From contig CM075994.1 in assembly GCA_038087875.1 (NCBI GenBank), positions 2,358,001 through 2,422,000 of the forward strand: a DNA stretch of 64,000 bases, in the 5' to 3' direction. The stretch is from Malacoraja senta (lineage: Eukaryota). The notes under the pieces were generated by a model, which did no database searches, was not told the origin of the DNA, and worked only from the letters and a program-made list of their open reading frames with translations. Of the stretch, positions 50,913 through 64,000 are shown in pieces (within the stretch, counting starts at the first letter, position 1; every line of letters starts with the position of its first letter). Both the position numbers and the translations under genes were made by a program.

Positions 50913-52571
50913 TTACTAATCAAAAACCTGTCAATCTGCGCTTTAAAAATATCAATTGACGGAGTCAACAGCCGTGGATGAGAAAGTGGGGTAACAAGGA
51001 ACTAGTGTGAAGAGGTGATTGATAGTCGGTGTGGACTCAGTGGGCTGAAGGGCTTTTTTCCAGGCTGTATCTTTCAATCAATCTTTTTGCTGTATCTAGG
51101 CTTCACTGTTTTGTGAGCTTCTGATTTAAATAGAGCTATCCTGGGCCCTTGTACAATAGGAGCGCACTTGTATGGGCTTCCTGCTCTGATATATAAACAG
51201 ATGACGTTAGGTAGGGATTAACATTGAAGCACCTGTTTGCATACTGTTGTGGGTTATTGGCACAGCTGGTAACTGACAAGGGTGCGGCTGTTTAGTTCAG
51301 TTATATTTAAGCTTAGGTTTTGGTTTATTATTGGCACGTGCACCGAGGTACAGTGAAATGTTTTGCATTGCCACAAAGGGGTCCTGCCTAGAGGTAGCAA
51401 ATTGATGTATTGAAAAGATGCAGCACAGAAACAGGCCCATCGGGTCCAGGCCGACCATCGATCATCCGTTCACAGCAGTTCTATGTTATCCCACTCTCTC
51501 ATCTGCTCCCTACACATTAGTGACAGTTTACAGAGACCAATTAACCTACAAAACCCCGTTTAAAGGGCCGAATGGCCTACTCCTGCATCTGATTTCTATG
51601 TTTCTATGCCTTTGGGATGTGGGAGGAAACCCACGTGGTCATGTAGAATGTACAAACTCCAGACACACTGCACCCGAGGTCAGAATCGAGCCCAGGCTAT
51701 TTAGAGGCCAATTAACCTACAGACTAGATATACTATACATAAACACAATCAGTTCAAACTCAAGTACAATAGGTCAAGTACAATAGGTAGAGCAAACAGG
51801 GAAGATACAGAGTGCAGAATATAGTTCTCAGCAATGTAGTGCAAAAGTTCCATAGACAAAGTCTAATGCCTGCAGTGGGATAGAGGTGAATCTGAGTCAC
51901 AGCATGGGCCGCTGGCTAATGTTGGAACACTGTTAGGCTGGGTGTGCCATTTGTAGGCTAGTATGAACATGTTTGGCCCAAGGACCTGCTCCACGCTGCA
52001 TGGCTCTATGACTATTGGCCGGCGGGGAGGGTGCATGAAAGGACTGGTCACACGGCCGCTCCTGCCTGCTGGTGATTGGCCCTCGCACGCTAATGACCAG
52101 CCCGACCCGAAATGTCACCTATCCATGTTGCCCAGCGATGCTGCCTGACACGCTGAGTTACTCCAGCATTGTCTTTCTTGTTCCCTGTTCTCTTTCCCCC
52201 CCCCCCCCCCAAAAATCTTTTTCTACCACCTGCTCAGAACAGGAGAGTACAAATCACCAAAGGTATGTCTCCGTCACTATTGGTGGGCAGTGCAGACTGG
52301 GTGTTGGTCATACTGCATGGAAACGGGCTCTTTGGCCCAACTTCCCATGCTGACCAAGTTCCCCCATCTACACTAGTCTCACCTGCCCACGTTTGGCCCA
52401 GATCCCTTCAAACCTGTCCTATCCGTCAACCTATCCAGAAGTCTTTTAAATGTTGTTATGGTACCTGTCTCAACTACCTCCTCTGGCAGCTTGTTCCATA
52501 CACCCACCACCCATTGTGTGAAAAGGTTGGCCCTCTGGTTCCTATTAAATCACACCCCTCTCACCTTAAGC

Positions 52572-52785
52572 CAAGGGTTCCCAACCTGGGGTAAATTTTG
52601 CCTACTCGGGGTAAATTTGTTGATTCTGGATTTGTTAAAAACAGTATTTTTAAATTTCCCCTTTGTCGGTTGCTTTATTAGAGTAGAAGTGTAAACTCAA
52701 ATTACTGAACAAAACAGGGTGGGGGTAAATTTACTTTCTAAAAGTTGACTGGGGTAAACGGGACGACAAAGGTTGGGAACCCCTG
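52572..52785. mobile_element. hAT-Charlie-type MITE
   Basis: TIRs CA(A/G)GGGTTCCCAACCT, imperfect 8-bp TSD ccttaagc/ccttagac, inserted in a CR1 fragment. Confidence 0.8.
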
Positions 52786-52801
52786 CCTTAGACCCATGTC
52801 C

Positions 52802-52840
<39 letters not shown>

Positions 52841-55800
52841 AAATGCTGCAGTAACTCAGCGGGGCAGGCAGCACCTCTGGAGAGTGACGTTTTGGGTCGA
52901 GACCCTTCTTCAGACTCGACCCGAAACGTCACCCATTCCTTCTCTCCAGAGATGCTGCCTGTTCTGCTGAGGTACTCCACCATTTTGTGTCTACCTTCGA
53001 TTTAAACCAGCATCTGCAGTTCTTTCCTACACATATATATTCTCACACTCGCATGCTGCCTGCCTGCCTTTTGCTGGCTGTCTTTTTGAGGCAGAGACTC
53101 CTGAAAATCCCTTCGATGGTGGGGAGGTCAGTACCCGTGATGGACTGGGCAGTGTTCACCACTATTTTGCAATCATCTTTGCTCCTGGGTGGTTGAGTTG
53201 CAGAACCAGGCCGTGATCTCTACTGTACACCTCTGGAGGTTCAAGAGAGTCCTCTCTGACATATTCTCTGACATTTCTCTATTCTGGGTAAAAGATTCTA
53301 TGCAATTTCCCTATCTATTTCCCTCATGATATTGCACATCGTGGTCAACATGTACAAGTTGGGCCGAGGGGCATGTTGCTGTGACTCTCGTTAATAATGT
53401 TTAACGAATCCCCATTTTAGAGTGCAGAAACAGGCCCTTCAGCCTACCGAGTCCGTGCCAACCTGCGATCCCCTTAACTAGCAATATCCTACGCACTAGG
53501 GACAATTTACAATTTTACCAAAGCGAATTAACTTACAAACCTGCACGTCTTTGGAGTGTGGGAGGAAACTGGAGCACCCGGAGAAAACCCACGTGGTCAC
53601 AGTGAGAACATACAAACTCAGTACAGACAGCACCCGTAGTCAGGATCGAACCTGAGTCTCTGGTGCTGTAAGGCAGCTACTCTACTGATGCCCCCCACCC
53701 ACCCTACTTTAGAGATTTCCGTGTTCTCTTCAGGAATCCTGGAATTTCTCAATAGAACAAGGGGCTGAGTTGTTGATCAGCATTCCTAGCTTACTGCCGA
53801 AAAGACAATTATATTTGACGTGTCCCCAGAACCTGTTTAAATACTTGCACTTTGCACATTCAAAGGTTCCTCGAAATGGGTGACTGTATTCAATCCAACC
53901 CCTTTGTACCTCATAGAAAGACTGATGTGGAGGAATGAAAAGGTTAAGTTTTCCAGCATCATTTTGGGTCTAGTTCAGATCCGAGAGATTTTGTGTAAGT
54001 GTGGTGTGTGATCCATTGATGCATACGTGAAGAGACAGTAGTAGCTGCCAGAACACTCTAGAAAGTTCCCTAGCTTCAGGCAGCGCAGAGCTGTCCAATC
54101 CGGTGAGCAGCACATTTTCCCACTCACTGCCTGGGTGACTAGCAGTCTGTGTTTAACACTGGGCAGCAGAGAGGGGAGGTTCCTGCCTGATAAAGGAGTT
54201 GCAACAATAACTCGGCCACCCACCAAAGCCCCAGAACTGGCCCTGGAAGGAAAATCCACCCTTATTCTGCTGCCTTTACACCCGCCGTGTCTGTCTGACT
54301 GCTCCGCTCTTGAATTGTTGAGGGAATGGAATGTTTTGATTGATTGAAAGAGCAAGATTCAGGAAGAATCTCTGACTGAGGTTGAACTTGTAATCTGAAG
54401 CCTGAAGAAAGATCCTGACACGAAACCACCGGTTTCAAAACCATCCCGCTTTCTTGACGTTCCTTTTCCTTCAAACAACCTACTCCAATCAACTTGAGCG
54501 AGTTCCTATCTCATACCCTCTGGGTCAGTACCCAGATCACCTGTGGTCTCCTGGGTGACTCAAATTTCACCCCGTGACCGTGTGGGTTTCCTCCGGTTTC
54601 CTCCAACACTCCAAAGACTTACAGCTGTGTAGGTTCATTGGTTTCGGAAAGATTGCAAATTGTCTTTAGGGTGTTGGATAGTGCTAGTATACAGGGAGGT
54701 CGGCAGGGACTCGGTGGGCCGAAGGGTCTGTTTCCACGCGGTATCTCCAGTCTAATTTGGTGTTGTAAATTTGGCTGTTGTAAGTTCTAGCTCCCATTCA
54801 TTCAAAGCTCCTCTATCACAGTTCTCATTCGTCTGGAGGTTCAGAATAGGTGCCACAGTCTACCCAAGTGACTAATATGTATGGAGAAAGGTTGAAGTCC
54901 CTTTAAACGCAGTAAAACAGTTTTTCATCATGCACTACCTTGTGTCTCAACACCATCCTATCTCGTGACTCACCCTGAGACAATTACTTCCATTTATGTT
55001 TAATGGTTTGATGGTGTTTTATTGCCATATGTGCAATACACAGTGAAATTATTTTTCGAGTTGCCAGATTAGACGCCATATCCATAGTTCAGTCCTCGCT
55101 CTAGGTCTGATGGAGCGGCCCCCTGATCCAGGCGAACCCCAGGCTACTGCAGGGCCTCCAGCTGTCACCTTAGTCTGGATTGTTCAGTGAACCAACGTCC
55201 TTCTCCTCACCTTTGGTAGCTTACAAACCCACGGTATGAACATTCAATTCTCTAATTTTAGGTAACTAACCAACAACTCTTTCAATTTGACTTTAGACTT
55301 TAGGGATACAGCATGGAAACAGGCACTTCAGCCCACCGAGTCTACGGCAACTAGCCATCACCCCGTACACCAGCACTGTCCTACACACAATGGACAGATT
55401 ACAATTTTACAGAAGCTCATTAACCTACAAACCTGTACGTCTTTCGAGTATGGGAGGAAACCGAAGACACTCATAGGCAGGATTCAACCCGTATCTCTGC
55501 CGCTGTAAGGCAGCAGTTCTACCGACGTGCCACTTTTTTTTTTCTCCCACAGTCCTGCCCCACACCCCATTTTCACTTTTACCTATATTCCTCCTTCAAA
55601 CAGTAAGCATCAGTGTTGTGCAGTGGACAGAGATTGGGAAATGTTGGATACAATGGGATCTGGATGTCCTTGTACATCACACACTGAAGTAAACATGTAC
55701 TACAGCGAGCGGTAATGAAGGCAAATGGTGTTGTTGGCTTTCATTGTATGCGGTTTTGAGTACAGGAGCAAAGATGCCTTCCCTCAATGATATGCGGCTT

Positions 55801-58800
55801 TGCTGAGAACACATCTGGTGTACTGCGTAAACACAAGGAACTGCAGATGTTGGAATCTTGAGCAAAACACAAGTGCCGGAAGAATTCAGTAGGTCAGGCA
55901 GCATCTGTGGACAGGTGACGTTTCATGTCAGGACCCTTCTTCAACAGGGAAATGATAGTCAGAACCTAAAACTCACTTTTTTTTGCTCTAGATTCCAACA
56001 TCTGCAGTATCTTGTGTCGCCATTAAATATAATCAACATTCTGATCTTTTTGAGAAGATGTTTGTCAATCATTGGCATATAAAAGTATCTCATAAACATT
56101 CCGTGAATTCACCATCCAGTTTATTACCGTTTACCTTGTAAGACAGGGTGTTGTCCTGATCTCTCAACCTACCTCATTGTGGACCTTGCACTTTTTTAAT
56201 GCACTTTATAACGTTATAACGCTGTAACACTATATTCCGCACTCTGGTATGTTTCTCTTTAGACTACCTGTTGTCCTTGTGTGCGGCTTGATGTACTCAT
56301 GTACGATATGATTTGGAGACACAAGGAACTGCAGATGCTGTTTTACAAAAATCAGACTGAAGATGGGTCTCGACCCAAAACATCACCTAGTGATGTTCTC
56401 AGAGATGTTGTCCGACCCGCTGAGTTACTCCGGCACTTTGTGTCTTTTTATGGTGTGATTTAACAGGATAACAGCACCAAAGCTCTTCTCTGTATCTCAG
56501 TACACGCGACACTAATAATCCAATACTGATCATCAACCATTACCAATTAGAGCAAATTTAATTTAATTTGTCCAATCTATATGCAGGTTATCATCTCCCA
56601 GGGACTTCAGTCTGAAGAAGGGTTCTTACTTGAAACATCGTCTGTCCACTCCCTCCAAAGATGCTCCCTAGCCTCCACCACTTTGTGTTTTGCTCAAGAT
56701 TCAAGCATCTTCAGACTCGTCATTATCATCATTACCATATTACCCACATGACTCGCCCCTCCATGTTTATGCTTGGCCCAATATCACAACTAATATTTGG
56801 TTGTCTTTAAATGACTCCTTCCAATATTGCAAGCCCTGTGCTATTCCTTAGCTCCTAGGCCCAACTATATATCTACACATGAATCACCTCTGCATTTTCA
56901 ATAAATTATTAATATTTTTCCTTTGCTAATTATACTTTTAATTTGACCTCTACATGGATGGATGGTAATGCAGCAGGTCGAGCTGCTGCCTCATCCTCTG
57001 GTCACCTGGGTTCGATCCTAACCTCGGGTGCTGTTTGTGTGGAGTTTACACGTTCTCCCCGTGACCGCGAAGGTTTCCTACAGATGCTCCCGTTTCCTGA
57101 TAGGTTGATCGGTTAATTAGAACGTAGAACAGTACACCACATGAGCAGGCCCTTCGGCCCACAATGCCTGTGCTGAACATGATGCCAAAATAAACTAATC
57201 TTATCTTCCTGCACATAATCTGTATCCCTCCATCCCCTGCATATCCATATGCCTATCTAAAAGCCTCTTCAACACCACTATTGTATCTATCTGCACCACC
57301 ACCTGCGGCAGTGTGTTCCTGGCACCCAACCCCCCTATCCTCAGTGTGAAAAGTAAAACTTGCCCCACACATCTCCTTTAAACTTGGCCGCTCTCATCCT
57401 ATAGCTATGCTCTCTAGTATTTGACATTTCCACCCTGGTGGGAAAAGGTTCTGTCTACCCTATCAATGCCTCTCATAATGTTATATAGTTCAACCATGTC
57501 TCTCCTTAACCTCTGGTGTTTCAGAGAAAATTGACCATTGTAAATGGTCCCTAGTGTGTAGATGAGTGGTAGAATGTAGTTGATCAGAAAGCGAGTGGAA
57601 TACAGTGGGTTGGAATAGTTGTATCCCCAACAACTGTTGGGAACACAACACTAACATCAGCAACTGTGGACTTCTATCGAATGTATCTTTGGTCGCACTA
57701 CAAGGGCGTATCTTTAGAAAGGAGAGGAGGAGGAATTTATTTCGGCGGAGAGTGGTGTTTCTGTGGAATTCATCACCACAGACGGCTGTGGAGATCAAGT
57801 CATTGGGCTTTTTTAAGTTGGAGATTGACAGATTTTTGATTAGTACGGGTGTCAAGGGTTATAGGGAGAATGGGGTTGAGAGGGGAAGATAGATGAGTCA
57901 TGATTTACCTGAATGGTGGAGTAGACTTGATGGGCCGAATGGCCTAATTCTGATCCTATGACATGAGCTCTCACTCTCGAAAATGCTTGACCTTGGCCCA
58001 GTCTCTGGCTGTGTGATTTAGCTGTGATTACGTTAGTTAGCTTTTGGTCACTTTCCACTTGGCTCAGCACTGCACCCTGTCAACCCTGTTAATTATTCAC
58101 CCTGGAACCGTGCACTGAGGCCTCTGTGTGAATCGGTTTATTGGTTGCAAATTTTTGGTTCTCTGCTTCTAACTGAACTACAGAGATGGGAGTCAGCTCC
58201 AGATAAACAATTCCCTTCACTGTTTCACACAGAACTTTAATTTAAAACCAGCTGCAGTCTTTGTCAACTTTTCTTTCTGGCTCGAGGTGAAATATCTGCA
58301 GCAACATCTGCATTGACTAGTCTGCTGACTGAGTTTGATGAAATCACTGTAAGATTCCCTTTGAACAGGCCCTTCAGCTCACCAAGTCCATGCAACCATC
58401 AATCAACCCATACATTAACCTACGCACGCTCGGGACAATTTCATAACTTGCCGAAGTCAACTAACCCACATGCGTTTGGAGTGTGGGAGGAAACCGGAGC
58501 ACCAGGACAAAGCTCCCGCGGTCACAGGGGGGGGGGGAGACACACAAACTACATACAGACACCACCCGTAGTCAGGATTGAACCCGGGTCCCTGGCGCTG
58601 TAAGGCAGCAACTCTACCGCTGTGCCACCGTGCTGTCCCAGAGGCTGAGAGGAGACCTGACTGAAGTATATAACATTATGAGAGGCATAAATAGGGTAAA
58701 CAGTTGGAACCTTTTTTCCCCGGGGTGGAAATGGCAAAGACTAGAGGACATAGTTTTAAGGTGTGATGGCCAAAGTTTAAAGGAGATGTGTTGGACAATT

Positions 58801-58989
58801 TTTTTTACAAAAGGAGGGCGGTGGGTGAACAGTGCTGCCAGAGCTGGTGGTGGAGGCAGATATGATAGCGGCGTTTAAGAGGCTTTTAAGAAGGCATATG
58901 ATACATAAGGAATGCAGGGATGTTGATCACGTGCATGCAGAGGAGATTAGTTGGGCTTGAGGGCCTGTTCCTGTGCTGTACTGTTCTAT

Positions 58990-59914
58990 TGGTGCGAGCC
59001 TCCACCATAGATGAGGCTCGCACCAGGGTCTCTGCCATACCCCGCAACACTGCTCTCTCTCCCCATCCCCCCACTCACAACAAAGGCAGAGTCCCCCTAG
59101 TCCTCACCTTTCACCCCACCAGCCGTCACATACAACAAGTGATCCTCCGTCAGTTTCGCCACCTCCAACGTGACCCCACCACTCGCCACATCTTCCCATC
59201 TCCCCCTATGTCTGCCTTCCGCAAAGACCGCTCCCTCCGTAACTCCCTTGTCAATTCTTCCCTTCCCTCCCATACCACCCCCTCCCCTGGTACTTTCCCT
59301 TGCAACCGCAAGAGATGCAACACTTGTCCCTTCACTTCCCCCCTCCACTCCATTCACGGACCCAAGCAGTCGTTCCAGGTGCGACAGAGGTTCACCTGCA
59401 TCTCCTCCAACCTCATCTATTGCATTCGCTGCTCTAGATGCCAGCTGATCTACATCGGTGAGACCAAGCGGAGGCTTGGCGATCGTTTCGCCGAACACCT
59501 CCGGTCGGTCCGCAATAACCAACCTGAACTCCCGGTGGCTCAGCACTTCAACTCCCCCTCCCATTCCGTATCTGACCTCTCTGTCCTGGGTCTCCTCCAT
59601 GGCCACAGCGAGCAACACCGTAAATTGGAGGAAATGCACCTCATATTCCGCTTGGGCAGTCTACATCCTGGTGGCCTGAACGTTGAATTCTCCCAATTCT
59701 GCTAGCCCTGGCTGTCCCCTCCCCTTCATCAGCCATCTGGTTGTCTCCTCCCCTCCCCCAGCCCTCGGGCTCCTCCTCCTCCTTTTCCTTTTTTCCTTTC
59801 TTCTCCCCACCCCCTATCAGTCTGAAGAAGGGTTTCGGCCCGAAACGTTACCTATTTCCTTCGCTCCATAGATGCTGCTGCACCCGCTGAGTTTCTCCAG
59901 CATTTTTGTGTACC
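58990..59914 (+). mobile_element. Penelope-like element (Neptune-type), 5'-truncated, with intact GIY-YIG endonuclease frame and pLTR
   Basis: The ORF to 59705 has the Cys linker PCNRKRCNTC, LIYCIRCSRCQLIYIGETKRRLGDRFAEH, VAQHFN and GLN. It ends ...catttttgtgtacc. The 14-bp TSD ctgtactgttctat is at 58976-58989 and 59915-59928. Confidence 0.92.
59818..59853 (+). ncRNA. Minimal type I hammerhead ribozyme motif in the Penelope 3' UTR
   Basis: CTGAAGA (59822-59828), stem II ggg-tttcgg-ccc, then GAAACGTT, with palindromic ACGT in place of stem III. Activity is not shown by sequence alone. Confidence 0.65.
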
Positions 59915-60998
59915 CTGTACTGTTCTATGTTCTGTGATCATTCCTGTGTCACTGGAGGGCAGTCAACAGGGCAAGTGGGAATTGTAGAAGAATTACTTTG
60001 GGCAGATGCGTTGGCTGAAATCTGGTTCAGTGCTGCATTTTAAGTTTGCAGCATAAAACTCACGGGCTGTTGTCCCCAGATCAGTGAGGTAGGAAGCTGA
60101 TACTGTGGTGAGCTGGTTACACCCAGAGGGCACCGGAGAACAGGTTTTGCCAGAAATTCCTCAGCAGTTAACACAGACACAGATTTAGTTTCATTTGCCG
60201 TTACTCTATCCAAGATACCTGCATCACATAGTGACGCAGCGGTAGTTACTGCCTCACAGCGTCAGAAACCCGGGTTCCATCCTGACCTCGGGTGCTGTCT
60301 GTACGGAGTTTGCAGGTTCTCCCTGGGTGTTCCGGTTTCCTCCCACGCTCCAAAGATATAAGGTTTTGTAGGTTAATTGACCTGTAAATTCTCTTTCGTG
60401 TGTAGGAGAGAACTAGTGTGGAGGTGATCGTTGGTCGGTGTGGACAGAGTGGCCGAAGGGCCTGTTTCCATACTGTATCTCCAAACTAAACTAACTAAAC
60501 TAAACTAAAACTAAACAAACTAAACTAAAATACAGCATAAGGACGGGCCCTTTGGCCCACAATGTTTGTGCTGAACACGATTTTCCAGGTTAAACTAATC
60601 TTATCTGCCTGCACGTGATCCATACTCTATTCTCTGCACGTCCATGTGCCTATCTAAACGCCACTTAAACTCCACTTTTGTATCTGCCTTAACCACCTCG
60701 CCTGGCAGCGGGTTCCAGGAACTCGTCTGTGTGTGTGTAAGAAAAAACCCCATTGTTAAACTTTACCCCTCTCACCTTAAAGCTATGCCCTCTAGTCTTT
60801 GACATTTCCTCCTTGGAGGTAAAAAGGTTCTAAGAGTCTACCCTATCTATGCCTCTCATAATTTTATATGCTTCTATGAGATTTTAGTTTAATATAGTTT
60901 AGAGATACAATGCAGAAGCAGGCCCCTCGGCCCACCGAGTCCGCACCGACCAGCGATCCCCGCACTATCCTACACATACTAGGGATAATTTACACTTA

Positions 60999-61268
60999 AG
61001 GGCCTGTCCCACTGTACGAGGTAATTCAAGAGTTCTCCCGAATTTCCCGATTCGAACGGAGAATTACGGTAATAGCCGTTCGTAGGTACTCGGGGGCTCT
61101 CGTGGACATTTTTCACAGTGCTGATAAAACTTCATGTTACCGCATTTCCCGAGTACCTGCCGTTAGCATTACGAGACATCCACGAGCTCCGATGTAGCCG
61201 CTACGTACATTTTACGTACTTACCACGAGTTTGATTTTTTTTAAACTCGGGAGAGCTGTTGAATTACC
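60999..61268. mobile_element. Harbinger-type MITE with right terminus deleted, inside an HE1-like SINE
   Basis: tta|AGGGCCTGTCCCACTGTACGAGGTAATTCAAGAG start. The inverted arm ends at ...gagagctgttgaattacc and SINE sequence resumes. Confidence 0.75.
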
Positions 61269-62774
61269 AAGCCAATTAACTTACAAAAGATGCAAAATGA
61301 TGGAGTAACTCAGCGGGGTCAAACAGTTTCTCTAAAGAACGTGGATAGGTGACGATTCGGGTCAGAAGAAAAATCCTGACCCGAAATGTCACCTATACAT
61401 GCTTTCCACAGATGTTGCCTGACTCGATGAATTACTCCAGCAGTTTATGTCTCTCCATGGTCTTAATACCCACTAATTCAAGCAGCGTTCTAGTAAACCC
61501 CTTCTGCACTGAAGACTCCACATCCTTCCTGGGCAGAACTGCATGCAATACTCTGACTGTCTACCCAGTCTATGCCTCTCAGCTTTCTCGGTATCTGAAC
61601 TGACTGTTTCTCCCCTTTAACATGCTGAGTCACAGTTCGATCCTGACAGTCACAAGCTGCACCTCACAGCGTTTACCAACCCCTGTCCGTTCACCCCTAA
61701 TGGTCGTCAGTAATCCTCAACCAGCAGATTTCAGCGACGCTTATCACCACGACAACCCTGACCTCACCCTATCGAGAATATTCCCTTTAACCTATCCATC
61801 CCCTCCCGCCACAATGGGCGGCACTGTGGCGCAACTGGTAGAACTGCTGCCTCACAGTGCCAGAAACCTGGGTTCGAAACTAACCTCGGGTGCTCTCTGT
61901 GCGTGGAGTTTGTACATTCTCCCTGTGACTGCATGGGTTTCCTCTGGGTGCTCCGGTTTCTGTCCACATCTCAAAAATGTGCAGATTTTTTCAGAGTTTG
62001 AATGGAGTGGGTGAGAAAGTGGGATAACATTGAATGAATGTGAACGGGTGAACGATGGTCGGTGGGGACTCTGCCTGTTTCCATGCTGTATCTCAAAACA
62101 CTCTTTCCCAGTTCTGACAAAAAAGTTTGAAACATTGACCACATCCACAGTGTGACCTGCTGAGTATTTCTAGCATTCTGTTCTAGGGGATTGTGCTTAC
62201 GTATGATCATAGTCTTGCTGATCTGTATTTAAAAAAAAGTATTTTGCTGTATCTTGGTACACGTGATAATAAAGAAACCATTGAACCATTTTCATTTACC
62301 TGTTATTTGATATGCTTGCCAAGAGTCAGATGAGCAAAGATAATAAAGTGTTGGAGTAACTCAGCGGATCGGACGGCATCTCTGGAGAACATGGATAGGT
62401 GACATTTCGGGTCGGGACCTTTCTTCAGACTGATTGCAGAGGCAACACTGGTTTCAGTATAAAAGAGAGTCTGCCTTTAATCCCGTATGCACCACAGCAT
62501 GGTTTGGGAACAACTACATCTAAGTCTGCATGAAATCGCAGAGCATTGTGGACACATCCCAGACCATCACGCAAACCATCCTCCCTTCCATTGACTCCAT
62601 CTACACTTCACACTGCCTTTGAAAGGCCACCAGTGTAATCAAGGACCAGTCTCGCCCTCTTTTCCCCCATCTAATCATGCATAGTCTTTTTGCTGACTGG
62701 ATAGTAAGCAACAAAAGCTTTTCCTTGTACCTCTGTTCACGTGACAATAATAAAATAAAATAAAATAACTTTTG

Positions 62775-63123
<349 letters not shown>

Positions 63124-64000
63124 TAGGATGGAGGCAGCAGCACATAGACTTTAGACTTCAGAGATACAGCGTTGAACAGGCCCTTCTGCCCATAATGCCT
63201 GTGCCGAACATGACGCCAAGGCCGACACTTATCTGCCTGTACATAATCCATACCCCTCCATTCCTTGCATATCCTTGTGCCTTCTCAAAAGTCAATATTG
63301 TATCTGTCTCTACCACCACCCGTGGTAGCACTTTCAAGGCATTCAACACCCTCTGTGTAAAATAACTTGCCCCGCACATCTCCTTTAGACTTTGCCCCAC
63401 TCACCTTAAAGCTATGCCTTCTCGTATTTGATGTTTCCATCCTGGGTAAAGGATTCTGACCGTCTAACCTATCTCTGCCCCTCATGATTTTATATACTTC
63501 CATCAAGTCTCCCCTCAAAACCTCCAGCATTCCAGAGAAAACAATCCAAGTCTGTCCAACCTGTCCTAGCTAATACCCTCTAATCCAGGCAGCATCCTGG
63601 TAAACCTCCTCTGCACCCTCTCAAGTCTCCACATCTTTCCTGTAATGGGACGTCCACAACTGCACACAATACTCCAAATGCAACCTAACTAAAGTCCTAT
63701 TGAGCTGCAACGTGTCTTTCTGACTCTTGTACTCAATTTATAAAACTGGTATGCTGCTTGAAGTAAGAATATATTTGTCCAATTTTTGGTACATTTGAAA
63801 ATTAAATTAAACTCTTCAGCTACCAGTTTGTGGCACAACCACAGACACATTTGATGTTGCTTCATGAAACGCTGCATGTTCTAATTTATCCTACGTGTTG
63901 TTGCCTGAGAGACGATCGCTATCCTGAATTATTTCCAAATGCTTGGCTTATTTTCTCTGTTTAATTGAAAAATTAATTGGACCTGATATTTATGAAAGGC

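Noticed and set aside
58920..59705. Domesticated GIY-YIG nuclease gene
   Set aside because: Bounded by a perfect TSD, followed by a pLTR, and its N-terminus is borrowed from flanking CR1 sequence. It is a young truncated TE copy.

Overview
Vertebrate genomic DNA, almost certainly from a cartilaginous fish (skate/ray-like; inferred from the HE1-type V-SINE, CR1 and Penelope repeat landscape). It has one 200-N assembly gap (14459-14658) and is mostly transposon-derived. The one clearly supported host gene is the 5' part of an ERM-family gene (ezrin/radixin/moesin) on the + strand. Its first coding exon (MPKP, 32754-32765) lies in a CpG island. A 30.2-kb intron follows, then exon 62944-63027 ([28 protein letters not shown]). 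A second CpG-rich promoter near 19830-20145 (TATA, several CCAAT and GC boxes, CHR-like and X-box-like motifs) points leftward, and I cannot identify its transcript. Retroelements include L1, Vingi-like, CR1, Rex1/Babar and RTE LINE fragments, more than 20 HE1-like SINEs, and a young Neptune-type Penelope family with minimal hammerhead motifs and fold-back derivatives. DNA elements include Harbinger-type MITEs, hAT MITEs and two tandem non-autonomous Helitrons. The most unusual observations are a two-piece locally templated insertion inside a MITE, head-to-head hammerhead fold-back elements with clean TSDs, a LINE tail occupying the ERM exon branch-point window, and a palindrome nested in a palindrome next to the ERM promoter. 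I found no clearly new multi-gene system. Boundaries of old repeats are approximate.
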